Source: a virus
Lineage: Duplodnaviria; Heunggongvirae; Uroviricota; Caudoviricetes
Strand: one strand, 5' to 3'
Length of the DNA stretch: 64,000 bases
Virus record (IMG/VR): IMGVR_UViG_3300026549_000001
Span: 122,569 to 186,568 of that record
Every line of letters starts with the position of its first letter. Position 1 is the first letter of the stretch. This document shows positions 1-8,922 of the stretch, piece by piece. The notes under the pieces are model-generated. The model made no database searches, was not told the DNA's origin, and was given only the letters and a program-made list of their open reading frames with translations. The position numbers and the translations under genes are program-made.

Positions 1-156
1 ATTATATATAGGAATTACAGCTTTCCAACCCTGTTCCCCCGCTTTAACAAATATTTTCCATTGAATGAGTGCAGTTATGAAGTATAATGCTAAAACTGCA
101 AAAAAATAGCCCACAATAAATGAGCCGCTTAAAAAAGTATTAAAATTATCAAACAT
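1..156 (-). CDS. DUF5684-like membrane protein, N-terminal 52 aa (runs off the window edge)
   Basis: Not in the track. Manual translation: MFDNFNTFLSGSFIVGYFFAVLALYFITALIQWKIFVKAGEQGWKAVIPIYN. The WKIFxKAGxxGWKAxIPIYN motif is typical of DUF5684. RBS GAGAGG upstream. Confidence 0.7.
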   Translation of the reverse strand, partial: MFDNFNTFLSGSFIVGYFFAVLALYFITALIQWKIFVKAGEQGWKAVIPIYN

Positions 157-174
157 CTAATATCCTCTCAATTA

Positions 175-618
175 TTAATAAAACGCTTCTACACCCTCTG
201 ATTCAGTAAAACCATTAGTGCTTTTCCACGGACTTTTCCAATTCGATTTGTTTATTCTATCAAAATGAAAATCTATTGCTGTTAGATACTTCTCATCAAA
301 ATTGGCTACTCTACGATGTCCACTATAATAAATAAACTGTACTTTATTACCTGTCCAAAAATTAGTACAAAAAGACCATAGCTTTATGAACTCTGATTTT
401 TTTGTAACATACATATAATCAATAAATACAGAATTAACATTATCCATTTCTATAAAATGAAATGATATGAATGCATCGCCATAACAAACAGTATAACCAT
501 TAAGATTAATGTTTTTAGAGTAACCTTCACCGTGTTCGGCATCTATTCTATTTTTTAAGTCCTGTTTTCTATAATCCATAAATTTCCTCCTACAAACACA
601 TAAGAGAATCCATATCAA
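175..618 (-). CDS. hypothetical protein
   Basis: ORF track; co-oriented and tightly packed; true start probably the internal MDYRKQ. Confidence 0.55.
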   Translation of the reverse strand: MIWILLCVCRRKFMDYRKQDLKNRIDAEHGEGYSKNINLNGYTVCYGDAFISFHFIEMDNVNSVFIDYMYVTKKSEFIKLWSFCTNFWTGNKVQFIYYSGHRRVANFDEKYLTAIDFHFDRINKSNWKSPWKSTNGFTESEGVEAFY

Positions 619-1003
619 GAGTTTGCCAATTCATATCTACGATGTCTTTAAAATCCGTATAGATATAAACAAAATCTAACATAGAAACAAATTCAAATAT
701 GTTGATTGTATATATTCTTTTTATTATCTGTAAGAATTCTTCTTTTGTAATAATAGTCGTCATTAAGCGTTCGTAATTATCATAAAAGAAATCCACAGGG
801 ATAAATAGAAATACATCTAAATCATCCTCTGTGGCAGTATATAATACAAAACTATCTATTTTCTTTACTTTGGCTTTTAGACCAATATAATAATGTTGTT
901 TTCGTATTGTACCCTCATCTCTATATGTTATATACAATTCATCACCTAATGGTTTTAATCTATCAATACAATAGAAGTTAAAAATCTCCATCGGGCTTTC
1001 CAA
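590..1003 (-). CDS. hypothetical protein
   Basis: ORF track; GGAGG RBS upstream. Confidence 0.55.
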   Translation of the reverse strand: MESPMEIFNFYCIDRLKPLGDELYITYRDEGTIRKQHYYIGLKAKVKKIDSFVLYTATEDDLDVFLFIPVDFFYDNYERLMTTIITKEEFLQIIKRIYTINIFEFVSMLDFVYIYTDFKDIVDMNWQTLDMDSLMCL

Positions 1004-1017
1004 TACTTACCTCCTTC

Positions 1018-2046
1018 TTATTCCACAAGGGATTCTTTTGCCTTATTAAACAAGTCCTTTTTATCAGGATAGTTTAATTCAATCCACTTGTAGAAATCCA
1101 ACTCTTTTTCAACTGGATTAGTTTCTTCGGAACTTGTTGATGTTGTTAAGGATATATTTACTGCTGTGTTCTTTGCTTGAATATATATATCGTTATCAAT
1201 ACAGTCAACATTTCCAGTATATGTTATATTATAGATATATCTACCCACATTAGATAAAAATGAATTGATGTTTGTTTCATCTAATTCCACCTTTATTATA
1301 TGTGGAGTATCAATTATTTCTCTCTTTAACTTTTTGGTTTTTGTATTGTAGAAAACCACTCCTGTATGGCTTTCATGGGACTGATAATCAATCAACCCCC
1401 CTGGAGAAATAACAAGTGTTTTTCCACTTGTATATTCAAATGGAGTGTGAATATGTCCTATAAACACAACATCAAAAAGATTGATTAGATTGTCAGGAAT
1501 ATCATACTTACTTGATAACTCTGGAAATTGTTTTCCATAAGTTTCTGTTATTCCATGCGTTAATAATATTTTAGTTTTTGCGGGTATATTTGCAAGTTGT
1601 TCACATTCTTGCCACAATTGATTAAGATTTTCAACTTTATCATATACAAATGGCAAGAGTACAAAAAGAATATCTTCCTTCTCATCGTGATAATATTCTA
1701 CGGCATATTCAGCCAACTTGATTATATTACCCCTAACTGTTTGCATTGAACTACACATAGTTTCTCTATTCTTAAAAGAGAAATCATGATTACCTAAAAC
1801 CATTAACGAGGGAACATTTATCCTATCTAATCCCGCTTGCATTTTAGATATAGCAAGAACTGATGGATTAGCAGTTTCAAACATATCTCCCGCCCATAAT
1901 AATATATCGGGAGAGTGTTTATTTATAATATCAATATATTGAGAAAAGGCTATATATCCACTTTGTTCAAATCGGTTATATGCTCCATCTTCTGTTCTAT
2001 ATTGTCTTTTATCTAAATGTAAATCGGATATAACTGCGATTTTCAT
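1018..2046 (-). CDS. sbcD: SbcD/Mre11-like metallophosphoesterase nuclease
   Basis: Motifs ISDLHL, AGDMFE, LGNHD, LTHG, GHIH; adjacent to an SbcC-like ATPase. Confidence 0.9.
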   Translation of the reverse strand: MKIAVISDLHLDKRQYRTEDGAYNRFEQSGYIAFSQYIDIINKHSPDILLWAGDMFETANPSVLAISKMQAGLDRINVPSLMVLGNHDFSFKNRETMCSSMQTVRGNIIKLAEYAVEYYHDEKEDILFVLLPFVYDKVENLNQLWQECEQLANIPAKTKILLTHGITETYGKQFPELSSKYDIPDNLINLFDVVFIGHIHTPFEYTSGKTLVISPGGLIDYQSHESHTGVVFYNTKTKKLKREIIDTPHIIKVELDETNINSFLSNVGRYIYNITYTGNVDCIDNDIYIQAKNTAVNISLTTSTSSEETNPVEKELDFYKWIELNYPDKKDLFNKAKESLVE

Positions 2047-2064
2047 ATATTCTTTCCCTCATTA

Positions 2065-3726
2065 TTAAATAGTCTTAATTGCCGTTGCTATTCTTTCATC
2101 ATGGGAAACAATTACCCATTGCGATTTGTCATAAGCAATTACATCATTTACGGCGGTTAGATTGCCACTATCTAAATTAGCAAACGCTTCATCCATAATT
2201 AAAGGAATATTAGGCACAAAAAGATTTCGTATTGCTAAAATTAAACTTAAAGCAACAATAGTTTTTTCACCCATTGATAAAGCCTGAACTGCTAATGTTG
2301 ATACAGATGATAAATCTTCATTATGTACTACTACTTTATATATTCCATTTTCTATTAAAAGTTTAGAATAGCGAGGATTTATCTTTGTAAGAATTTTAGT
2401 AGCAACAGAAGTTATGGAGTTAGCATAAACTTCTTTTGCCTGTGTTACATATTCATCTACTATATCCACACAAACCTTTGCATCATTATATTGTTGTTTA
2501 TAATTTAGCAAGTCTGTAATTTTTGCCATATCTTGAGTTAAAGTGGATAATTGTTCTTTTAAATGCGCCAACCTATCATAAAGTGCATTTGTTTCTTGGT
2601 TGTAATTATTTAAGATTGTTTGCCAATCCATATTATTAACAAATGATTTATCGTCCAACATCTTCTTGACTTGGTAATATCTTACAGATGAAATATAATC
2701 TATAAATGAGTATTGAGAATCTTGAAGTGTTTCTGATAACTGTTTTATTCGTGCTTGGTTAGCATTATTATATGTGACTTTTACAGGAATATATTTTTGC
2801 CCACAACACAAACATCTACCACTTTGTTGTCCTTCTGCTAATAGACCATCTATTACATTTTTAGGATATTTAGCTAATGGGTGGGTTTGTGCCGCCTTGT
2901 TTTGTTCTGCATATAATTCTTGTTCTACTCCCTTAAAAAAGTTATCCCATTCTTGGGGAGTTTTAATTCCGTATTTATGTAATTTTACACAAAGTTCCCT
3001 ATCATAAACAGGGGGTGACATTTGCTCTAATCTTTGTTTAATGTTGAGATATTCTGGATATGCTTGTTCACACTCTTTTGCCTGTGCTACCAACCTGTCA
3101 GAAACAAATGCTTTCTCTTTTAATTTCGCTTCGATGGTATTTATTTCTGCCTGTACGGAATCTATTTCCTGTTGGGTTACGGACTGATTACTTATTGTCT
3201 TTTCTACTGCCGAAACTTGTCGTTGATAAAATGTTTTTTCACCTTGAAAATGTTTTTTTAATGCTAATGGCTCTGCAAATTCATTTTCCATTAGGTCAAA
3301 TAAATAGTTGGTTTCAAGAACACGAGAGTTAGCTAATGAATTATAACCCCATAATCCATCAATAACAATATCGGGTATTATTTTACTTAAATGTGCTTTA
3401 TTATCTGCTCTTGAACGAGAAATCATTTGTCCATCTTTATATAACCTATATGAAGAAGATATTCCAAATTCTCTCTCGATTATATATGTTGAAAGATTAT
3501 ATTCAAAAGATAATACTATTCTACAATTCTTTGTTAAGTCGTTTCTTAAACTGTCATAATCTAAATTGCGTGGGCGTTTATCTGTAAAACAAAAAATGAT
3601 TGCTTCTATTAGAGATGATTTTCCTGTACCATTTGCCCACCTTAATAGACTTATACTTTCTTCAAATTGTACTGTCTTTTGTTTAAAACACTTCCAATTT
3701 GTAAGCTCAATCTTCAGAAGTTTCAT
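2065..3726 (-). CDS. sbcC: SbcC/Rad50-like SMC ATPase
   Basis: Walker A ANGTGKSS, coiled coil with CLCCG zinc hook, signature LSMGE, Walker B IMDEAF, H-loop VSHD. Confidence 0.9.
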   Translation of the reverse strand: MKLLKIELTNWKCFKQKTVQFEESISLLRWANGTGKSSLIEAIIFCFTDKRPRNLDYDSLRNDLTKNCRIVLSFEYNLSTYIIEREFGISSSYRLYKDGQMISRSRADNKAHLSKIIPDIVIDGLWGYNSLANSRVLETNYLFDLMENEFAEPLALKKHFQGEKTFYQRQVSAVEKTISNQSVTQQEIDSVQAEINTIEAKLKEKAFVSDRLVAQAKECEQAYPEYLNIKQRLEQMSPPVYDRELCVKLHKYGIKTPQEWDNFFKGVEQELYAEQNKAAQTHPLAKYPKNVIDGLLAEGQQSGRCLCCGQKYIPVKVTYNNANQARIKQLSETLQDSQYSFIDYISSVRYYQVKKMLDDKSFVNNMDWQTILNNYNQETNALYDRLAHLKEQLSTLTQDMAKITDLLNYKQQYNDAKVCVDIVDEYVTQAKEVYANSITSVATKILTKINPRYSKLLIENGIYKVVVHNEDLSSVSTLAVQALSMGEKTIVALSLILAIRNLFVPNIPLIMDEAFANLDSGNLTAVNDVIAYDKSQWVIVSHDERIATAIKTI

Positions 3727-3729
3727 TTA

Positions 3730-4251
3730 CTATTTCCTTACTAACCAATAATCTTTGTCCAATTCAATAATAGTAAACCCTCTCTTATTATACATAGAGA
3801 GAGAGTTTTTATTGTCTACATCTGCTACAATATGATTATGCTTATTTATTAAATAATCTAACATATAGGATGCTATTCCCATTCTTCTATATTTTTCTGC
3901 TACCATTATATTCATAAGATATATCCCCGCAATGGGTAATATCTTTGGTATCATATATGGAACAGCACCAAATACCGTATTAATGTTATCTAATAAAGAA
4001 ACAGAATCAAATAGAATACAAGCCCCAATTAGTTTATGATTATCAAATATGCCAATACATAAATTTGTTTCAAGTGCTTTTTCTACGCTTGGTGTTACAT
4101 ATTCTTCTAATTCGGCTCTATCCGCTATTTGATATATCGGGTCATTAATAAAGCAATCCAAAAATAAAGGCATTACTTGAGGCTTGTTTAATATAGTTAA
4201 ATTTTTAATGTGCGGCTTCATCTGCATTATGAAGTTGGAGGATTTTTTCAA
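3730..4251 (-). CDS. GNAT family N-acetyltransferase
   Basis: Acetyl-CoA motif VAEKYRRMGIAS and C-terminal NxxSxxMYxKRGF; start uncertain. Confidence 0.75.
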   Translation of the reverse strand: MKKSSNFIMQMKPHIKNLTILNKPQVMPLFLDCFINDPIYQIADRAELEEYVTPSVEKALETNLCIGIFDNHKLIGACILFDSVSLLDNINTVFGAVPYMIPKILPIAGIYLMNIMVAEKYRRMGIASYMLDYLINKHNHIVADVDNKNSLSMYNKRGFTIIELDKDYWLVRK

Positions 4252-5059
4252 ATTTATCTATTCCCCACCGTTCCTTATAAACTTCCTCATTCCAATTGAA
4301 ATAAGGCTTCATGTGATTATTTATTAGAAACGCCAACATAAGATTATCCTTGCACTTAATGTGAAAGCTCATATAAGCCCCCACATTATCATGCTGATAA
4401 TAATGTGCTTCATCTGTTGGTTCTCCCTTTGCATTACAAAACTTTTTTACAAAGGGTTTTCCCATATCGTGAAGAAGTCCCGCAAGTTTAAGCTCACTAG
4501 GAAGAGCCATACAAGTTTTAATAAGATGGTCTCCCAAAGATAAAGAATGATGACTGTTGTTTTGATTCATTTTCCCAACCAAAAAGAAATAGTGTCCTAC
4601 ATTCCATTTAGTCATATAGTTATGAACAATTATTTCGTCCCATCCTTCTTCTTTGTATGGAACTTCAAATTGGCGTATCATTTTCTCGTACACATATTCA
4701 GGAACTTTACGCTCCCTATTAGAATTAAATTCCTTGCATTGAGAAAGGTCGCGTACTACTAATACACAAATTTTCTGTACGCCGCTTGGAAGGGTTTTCA
4801 GAAAATTACGCCTTTTCTTGGAGTTAAGATTTGTTGCATCATATACACAACTCTCCCCGTTTTTCAATGCGGTTATTATATCTCTATGGAGATTATTAAA
4901 AACCACATTATTAACAGTTTGGTCTGTTTCATCTTTTCCATAAATAGACCTATAGGCATCCGAAGAAAAGACTTTTGCACCTATTTTTGTTTCATATTCT
5001 TTTGCAATGGTACTCTTGCCGCTTGCGGGTAATCCCACCATCATATATAAAGTAGCCAT
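4205..5059 (-). CDS. Polynucleotide kinase (AAA_33) fused to an HD domain
   Basis: P-loop GLPASGKST, YDATN, then HD motif HxxxxHL...LLHDMGKP; start placed at MATL after GGAGG. Confidence 0.85.
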   Translation of the reverse strand: MATLYMMVGLPASGKSTIAKEYETKIGAKVFSSDAYRSIYGKDETDQTVNNVVFNNLHRDIITALKNGESCVYDATNLNSKKRRNFLKTLPSGVQKICVLVVRDLSQCKEFNSNRERKVPEYVYEKMIRQFEVPYKEEGWDEIIVHNYMTKWNVGHYFFLVGKMNQNNSHHSLSLGDHLIKTCMALPSELKLAGLLHDMGKPFVKKFCNAKGEPTDEAHYYQHDNVGAYMSFHIKCKDNLMLAFLINNHMKPYFNWNEEVYKERWGIDKFEKILQLHNADEAAH

Positions 5060-5088
5060 AATAACCTCCAAAGGGATTGATTATTTAT

Positions 5089-5117
5089 AGTATAACAAAT
5101 TTTGTATTTTTTGTCAA
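5089..5117 (-). promoter_or_regulatory. sigma70/sigmaA-type promoter upstream of Pnk-HD
   Basis: TTGACA-17-TATACT on the minus strand. Confidence 0.75.
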
Positions 5118-5144
5118 TAACTGTGGTATATATAATGATTATTC

Positions 5145-5495
5145 CTATGCAGAATATTTATTTTTCAATTCATTCCACATGGAAAGTAGAGAATAAGCCC
5201 AAAACGGATTATCAATATACTCATCATTTCTAATAACCTCAAAAAAATATATTTCTATTAGGTTATAAATAATTTTAGCATCTTCATCTGTAAGAGGTAT
5301 GGTTTCATCATCATTAGAGTTTAAGCGGTTTTTTAATTGTGAACAGTTGAGAAGGTCTTGTAGCCAATCTTCAACTGCATCTTGCTCGGCATCTCTAATA
5401 TTGTTTACTCCGTATGTATATACCCCATCAAGAAATTCTATAAAGGAGGTCTTTAATTCTTTTGTAATATTCATAGTATTAGCGTCCTTTATCAT
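5145..5495 (-). CDS. hypothetical protein
   Basis: ORF track; no PLMP, HNH or RuvC motifs, so not IscB. Confidence 0.55.
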   Translation of the reverse strand: MIKDANTMNITKELKTSFIEFLDGVYTYGVNNIRDAEQDAVEDWLQDLLNCSQLKNRLNSNDDETIPLTDEDAKIIYNLIEIYFFEVIRNDEYIDNPFWAYSLLSMWNELKNKYSA

Positions 5496-5564
5496 TATTC
5501 ATAAATTAATACAGTATTAAACAAAAACTAACCCTGTATTTTGTTTTAATAGTTTGCATTTACT

Positions 5565-5737
5565 GTAAATCACTTCATAAAGATATGAAGGTAAAAGTTT
5601 CCCCTGACTGCTTATAGGCTCTGCATTGTTACAAACTGGGAAAATTCATAAGTGCCATCTATTAGAACGCCTATAAACTATGTCTGTAACCTACCCGTGA
5701 TAATACATCAAATAGTTGTACCACAAGTAGGGTTTCA
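5565..5737 (-). ncRNA. orphan IscB-type omegaRNA (HEARO-like) scaffold
   Basis: 5' hairpin CCTACTTGTGGTA/TATCACGGGTAGG; core GGCAC-TTATGAA-TTTTCCCAG-TTTGTAA-CAATGCAGAGC; long-range pair GTTTATAGGC/GCCTATAAGC; AGTCAGGGGAAAC; 3' hairpin CTTCATA/TATGAAG. Order and sequence resemble, from memory, IscB omegaRNA scaffolds. Confidence 0.65.
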
Positions 5738-5743
5738 ATTATA

Positions 5744-6172
5744 TTACAACACAATAAACTTATCAAAATCTGGATATTCCAAATAAACATCTATTGTTCT
5801 TGTTATAAGTCTTGCAAGCCCTTTTCTTATATCCATGTCGGTATAACTTTCATCACAATCTCCCAATAGTGCTATCATATTCTCTCTACCTAACACAGTT
5901 CCTTTATATGTATTATTTGCAAATCCCACTAATTTATCAATTTGTTCTTTTTTAATGGTTAAGTCGGTTTCATTATTAAATTCAAACAATCCTCTGTCAA
6001 GGCTGAACCCATACTCATTACTCATCTTCTTTTCAAGATTGCGGTAAATAAATAACCATATATCATATACGGTTGGATTTGATGTTTTTAATTGTGTGTC
6101 AATTATAGCACCATCTATATCACTTGCAAGGTCTGTTAATACTGCTTCAGCACCGCGCTTTTTGATAATCAT
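5744..6172 (-). CDS. hypothetical protein
   Basis: ORF track; GGAG RBS. Confidence 0.6.
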   Translation of the reverse strand: MIIKKRGAEAVLTDLASDIDGAIIDTQLKTSNPTVYDIWLFIYRNLEKKMSNEYGFSLDRGLFEFNNETDLTIKKEQIDKLVGFANNTYKGTVLGRENMIALLGDCDESYTDMDIRKGLARLITRTIDVYLEYPDFDKFIVL

Positions 6173-6199
6173 AAAAAGCTCCTTATGTTTTTATATAAA

Positions 6200-6229
6200 T
6201 GTAAAGGGTGAGTTTATCCCACCCTTACA
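6200..6229 (-). terminator. intrinsic terminator after ssb
   Basis: Hairpin TGTAAGGGTG...CACCCTTTACA followed by a T-rich run on the minus strand. Confidence 0.6.
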
Positions 6230-6242
6230 AAACATTAGTTAA

Positions 6243-6839
6243 TTAAAATGGAAAGTCATCGTCATCATCGGAGGTATACGGAGTGTACCCGCCGTTATTA
6301 TTAGGCGCAAAGTTTTGAGGTGCATTATTATTCTGCTGATTATTCTGATAACCATTGTTCGGATAACCGTTGTTCGGATAACCATTATTAGGCGCGTTCT
6401 GATACCCACCGTTCTGCGGATTATTCTGATAACCACCATTTTGCTGATTATTTCGATAACCCTGATTCTGATTGTTCTGTCGCTGATAACCTTGATTCTG
6501 CGTGTTGTTATTTTCAGACTTTTCAAACACAGGAGGAAAATCAAATGAATGAACCGTTACATCATAACTTACTCTTTCCATACCTTGTTTATCTATGTAT
6601 GGGTTAATTTTCAGCTCACCATTGATAATAAGAAACTTTCCCTTTTTAGCATAATCCTCTATGTTTCGCGCAACATCATTAAATGCCGTGCAATTATACC
6701 AAATTGTAGAGGGTTCTTTGTCTTTGCCATTCCATTGCTTATATGCAATTGAAAAGTTGCATACCAAAGTTCCGTTTGGGGTGGTTTTGTACTCTGCATC
6801 CCCCCCAAGAAATCCGTTTGTCTGAATAATTGCTTTCAT
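6243..6839 (-). CDS. ssb: single-stranded DNA-binding protein with long N/Q/G/Y-rich linker
   Basis: OB fold (G.LGGDAEYKTTPNG...CNFSIA, WYNCTAF, GELK), acidic tail DDDDDFPF. Confidence 0.92.
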   Translation of the reverse strand: MKAIIQTNGFLGGDAEYKTTPNGTLVCNFSIAYKQWNGKDKEPSTIWYNCTAFNDVARNIEDYAKKGKFLIINGELKINPYIDKQGMERVSYDVTVHSFDFPPVFEKSENNNTQNQGYQRQNNQNQGYRNNQQNGGYQNNPQNGGYQNAPNNGYPNNGYPNNGYQNNQQNNNAPQNFAPNNNGGYTPYTSDDDDDFPF

Positions 6840-6875
6840 TTCTGTTTCTCCTAAAGTTATACAAATATTTTTATC

Positions 6876-6934
6876 AAGGCACTATTAGTCTTTTTGCGAT
6901 TCAATCAAGCAAGGAAATTTGCTGTATGTGCCTT
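6876..6934 (-). promoter_or_regulatory. putative RNA hairpin with ACAGCAA motif, downstream of the DUF2828 gene
   Basis: Stem AAGGCAC/GTGCCTT, 2 nt, then ACAGCAA; same geometry as 8490-8524. Confidence 0.5.
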
Positions 6935-6993
6935 TGAGAATGGGAAAGGTTTTATGAATTTTCCCCATTCTCTTATTATTAAATAGGTTAATT

Positions 6994-8475
6994 TTAGATA
7001 GTTATGCAGTCATAGCGAGGATTAGACAGCACCTTTAGCATAGCTTCATAAGGGGTGCTGTTCATTATCTCAACAATAGACTTGAAGATATTGGGCGCAT
7101 ATCCCGAAACAAGCTGAACACGACTGTCAGAAGCAAGTGCGTGGAAAGTATTGTGTCGTGCATTTACATTCCAAAATACTACATTGGGGAGTTCATATCC
7201 CTTTTCGGCAAAACGCTCCTTCATAGTATCAAGGAAAGTGAAATTTCCACCCTTGATTGAATAATCATCAATCTCCATGTCGGTTATAATTACCAATGAT
7301 TTGGGCATTTCCGAAGCGGGGCAGTTAGACAGCTCTGCCGCCATAAGAATTGCCCGAAATGCTCTTTCGAGATTGGTATTATATCCTATATCAGTTCTCA
7401 TAACACGAGATACACAATCGAACAAGGTATCATCAAGGCTAACTGATGCTATTTTGGGGATTGCACTAAAGGTAAGATATTTACCCGCAAAAGCTCCCTT
7501 ATTTCTCTGTGCAAAATATATTGCGAGACCAATTGATGCACTTATAGCGGTGTCATTAGGAACACGCATACTGCCCGATACATCAGCCATAACAAGGAAG
7601 TTATTTTCTCCCTCTACGAAGTTAGGCAGATTCTTCCATTGGGCTTCAATGGTATCATCAACTTTCGTAAGATAATTAGGTAGGTTCAAATACGCCCTTA
7701 CCAAGTCATAAGGATATACTGTGGAAGCCTTAATTTCGGACTTCCCGTTATTGACATTCTCAATATATTTTTCATAGCGTTCGGTATCATTACGCTTAAA
7801 CGCATTGCGATACTTAAACATCGCCCTTGAAGGACAAGTTTCATAGTTGATGGCTTCCCATTCCTTTGCGGACATAGGAGTTTCAACTACCTTAATATAG
7901 GCACGAATGACAGAAAGGAGCTTACGATAACGCCTTTCTGTAATATGGAAATATTTAATAAACTTCTGTGCCATTTTGCGAGTATTAGCAGAAGAAGCAT
8001 TGCTTGACGGCATCCACTTGGCACACAAAGATACGGGCTTATTAAAATGCACATTTCTCCCATCATTGAAAAGAGTTTCCTTAACAAACTCCATCATTTC
8101 ATTTTCAAGGGAAGTGTCAAACAACACAAACAGGTCATCCCATCTACCCATTTCAGGAATATTCGCCATGTTTTTACGCACAATATTGGGATGATTGTTT
8201 GCAAGCTCTTTCAGAATAATTCTAAAGGTTTCTCTCTCACCGAGTCCACCCCTAATATCACGAGCATAAAACGCCATCTTTGTTGCAAGAAGCGCATCTT
8301 CACCGAAAGCCGCACGGAACATTTGAATTACTTCAGCGGAATGACGGGAACGAAGCGCACCAATAGTACCAAACAGGTCTACCAACGCGGAATGCGTGGA
8401 AGACTGTGCTAATGCTCCATTTTCAGTTCGCTTCATATTTGAAATGGTTTCAAGAGAATTAAGAAAGTTATTCAT
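6994..8475 (-). CDS. DUF2828 family protein (TROVE/Ro60-like N-terminal domain plus vWA)
   Basis: RTENGA start, FYARDIRGGLGER, GRWDDL, AKWMPS, YPYDL, vWA MIDAS DVSGSM and ITDME. Confidence 0.85.
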   Translation of the reverse strand: MNNFLNSLETISNMKRTENGALAQSSTHSALVDLFGTIGALRSRHSAEVIQMFRAAFGEDALLATKMAFYARDIRGGLGERETFRIILKELANNHPNIVRKNMANIPEMGRWDDLFVLFDTSLENEMMEFVKETLFNDGRNVHFNKPVSLCAKWMPSSNASSANTRKMAQKFIKYFHITERRYRKLLSVIRAYIKVVETPMSAKEWEAINYETCPSRAMFKYRNAFKRNDTERYEKYIENVNNGKSEIKASTVYPYDLVRAYLNLPNYLTKVDDTIEAQWKNLPNFVEGENNFLVMADVSGSMRVPNDTAISASIGLAIYFAQRNKGAFAGKYLTFSAIPKIASVSLDDTLFDCVSRVMRTDIGYNTNLERAFRAILMAAELSNCPASEMPKSLVIITDMEIDDYSIKGGNFTFLDTMKERFAEKGYELPNVVFWNVNARHNTFHALASDSRVQLVSGYAPNIFKSIVEIMNSTPYEAMLKVLSNPRYDCITI

Positions 8476-8489
8476 ATTTAATTTACCTC

Positions 8490-8524
8490 ACGATTTATTT
8501 TTTTATAGTTGCTGTTAAAATCGT
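8490..8524 (-). promoter_or_regulatory. putative RNA hairpin with ACAGCAA motif in the DUF2828 leader
   Basis: Stem ACGATTT/AAATCGT, 2 nt, then ACAGCAA; the 3' strand abuts the RBS (GAGGT). Confidence 0.5.
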
Positions 8525-8550
8525 TTTCTCCACAAGGGAGCGTTTTGGTT

Positions 8551-8579
8551 ATTATATCAAATCTCATAGGATTTGTCAA
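8551..8579 (-). promoter_or_regulatory. sigmaA-type promoter of the DUF2828 gene
   Basis: TTGACA-17-TATAAT. Confidence 0.8.
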
Positions 8580-8596
8580 GTCTTTTACAGAATATA

Positions 8597-8914
8597 TTAT
8601 TCTTTATACAATTTCAAAAAATCGTCAAGGGAAAGAGTGACTAACCAATCCTTTCTATTTGCTCTGTGAACCACAATTGGTATTTCATTTTCACGAGCAT
8701 CATTAGTGGACTGATTTAACCAAGTATAGGTTAGTCCATGTCCTTTCTCTATTCTTTTACATTCTATATGTAACCCTTCTATTCCTACGACATCTGCATC
8801 CCCATTAGAGCCGCAATATTGTTGACCTCTACGGGTATTAAATCCATGTTCGTTTAGAATGTGGGAAAGTTCTCTTTCTCCATTTTTTCCTTTTTGAATA
8901 GAATTAATTGACAT
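8597..8914 (-). CDS. Hjc-like Holliday junction resolvase (PD-(D/E)XK)
   Basis: KGKNGERELxxxL..GF, DADVV, IECKR. Confidence 0.8.
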   Translation of the reverse strand: MSINSIQKGKNGERELSHILNEHGFNTRRGQQYCGSNGDADVVGIEGLHIECKRIEKGHGLTYTWLNQSTNDARENEIPIVVHRANRKDWLVTLSLDDFLKLYKE

Positions 8915-8922
8915 ATAATCTC

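Noticed and set aside
5565-5737. Group I intron or tRNA reading of the structured RNA
   Set aside because: No P/Q/R/S core or cloverleaf, and it is intergenic; the omegaRNA-like motif order fits better.
6239-6752. Ile/Arg-rich alternative-frame and antisense ORFs over ssb
   Set aside because: By-products of the repetitive SSB linker.
7277-8412. Plus-strand ORFs opposite DUF2828
   Set aside because: Antisense shadows of a GC-richer gene.
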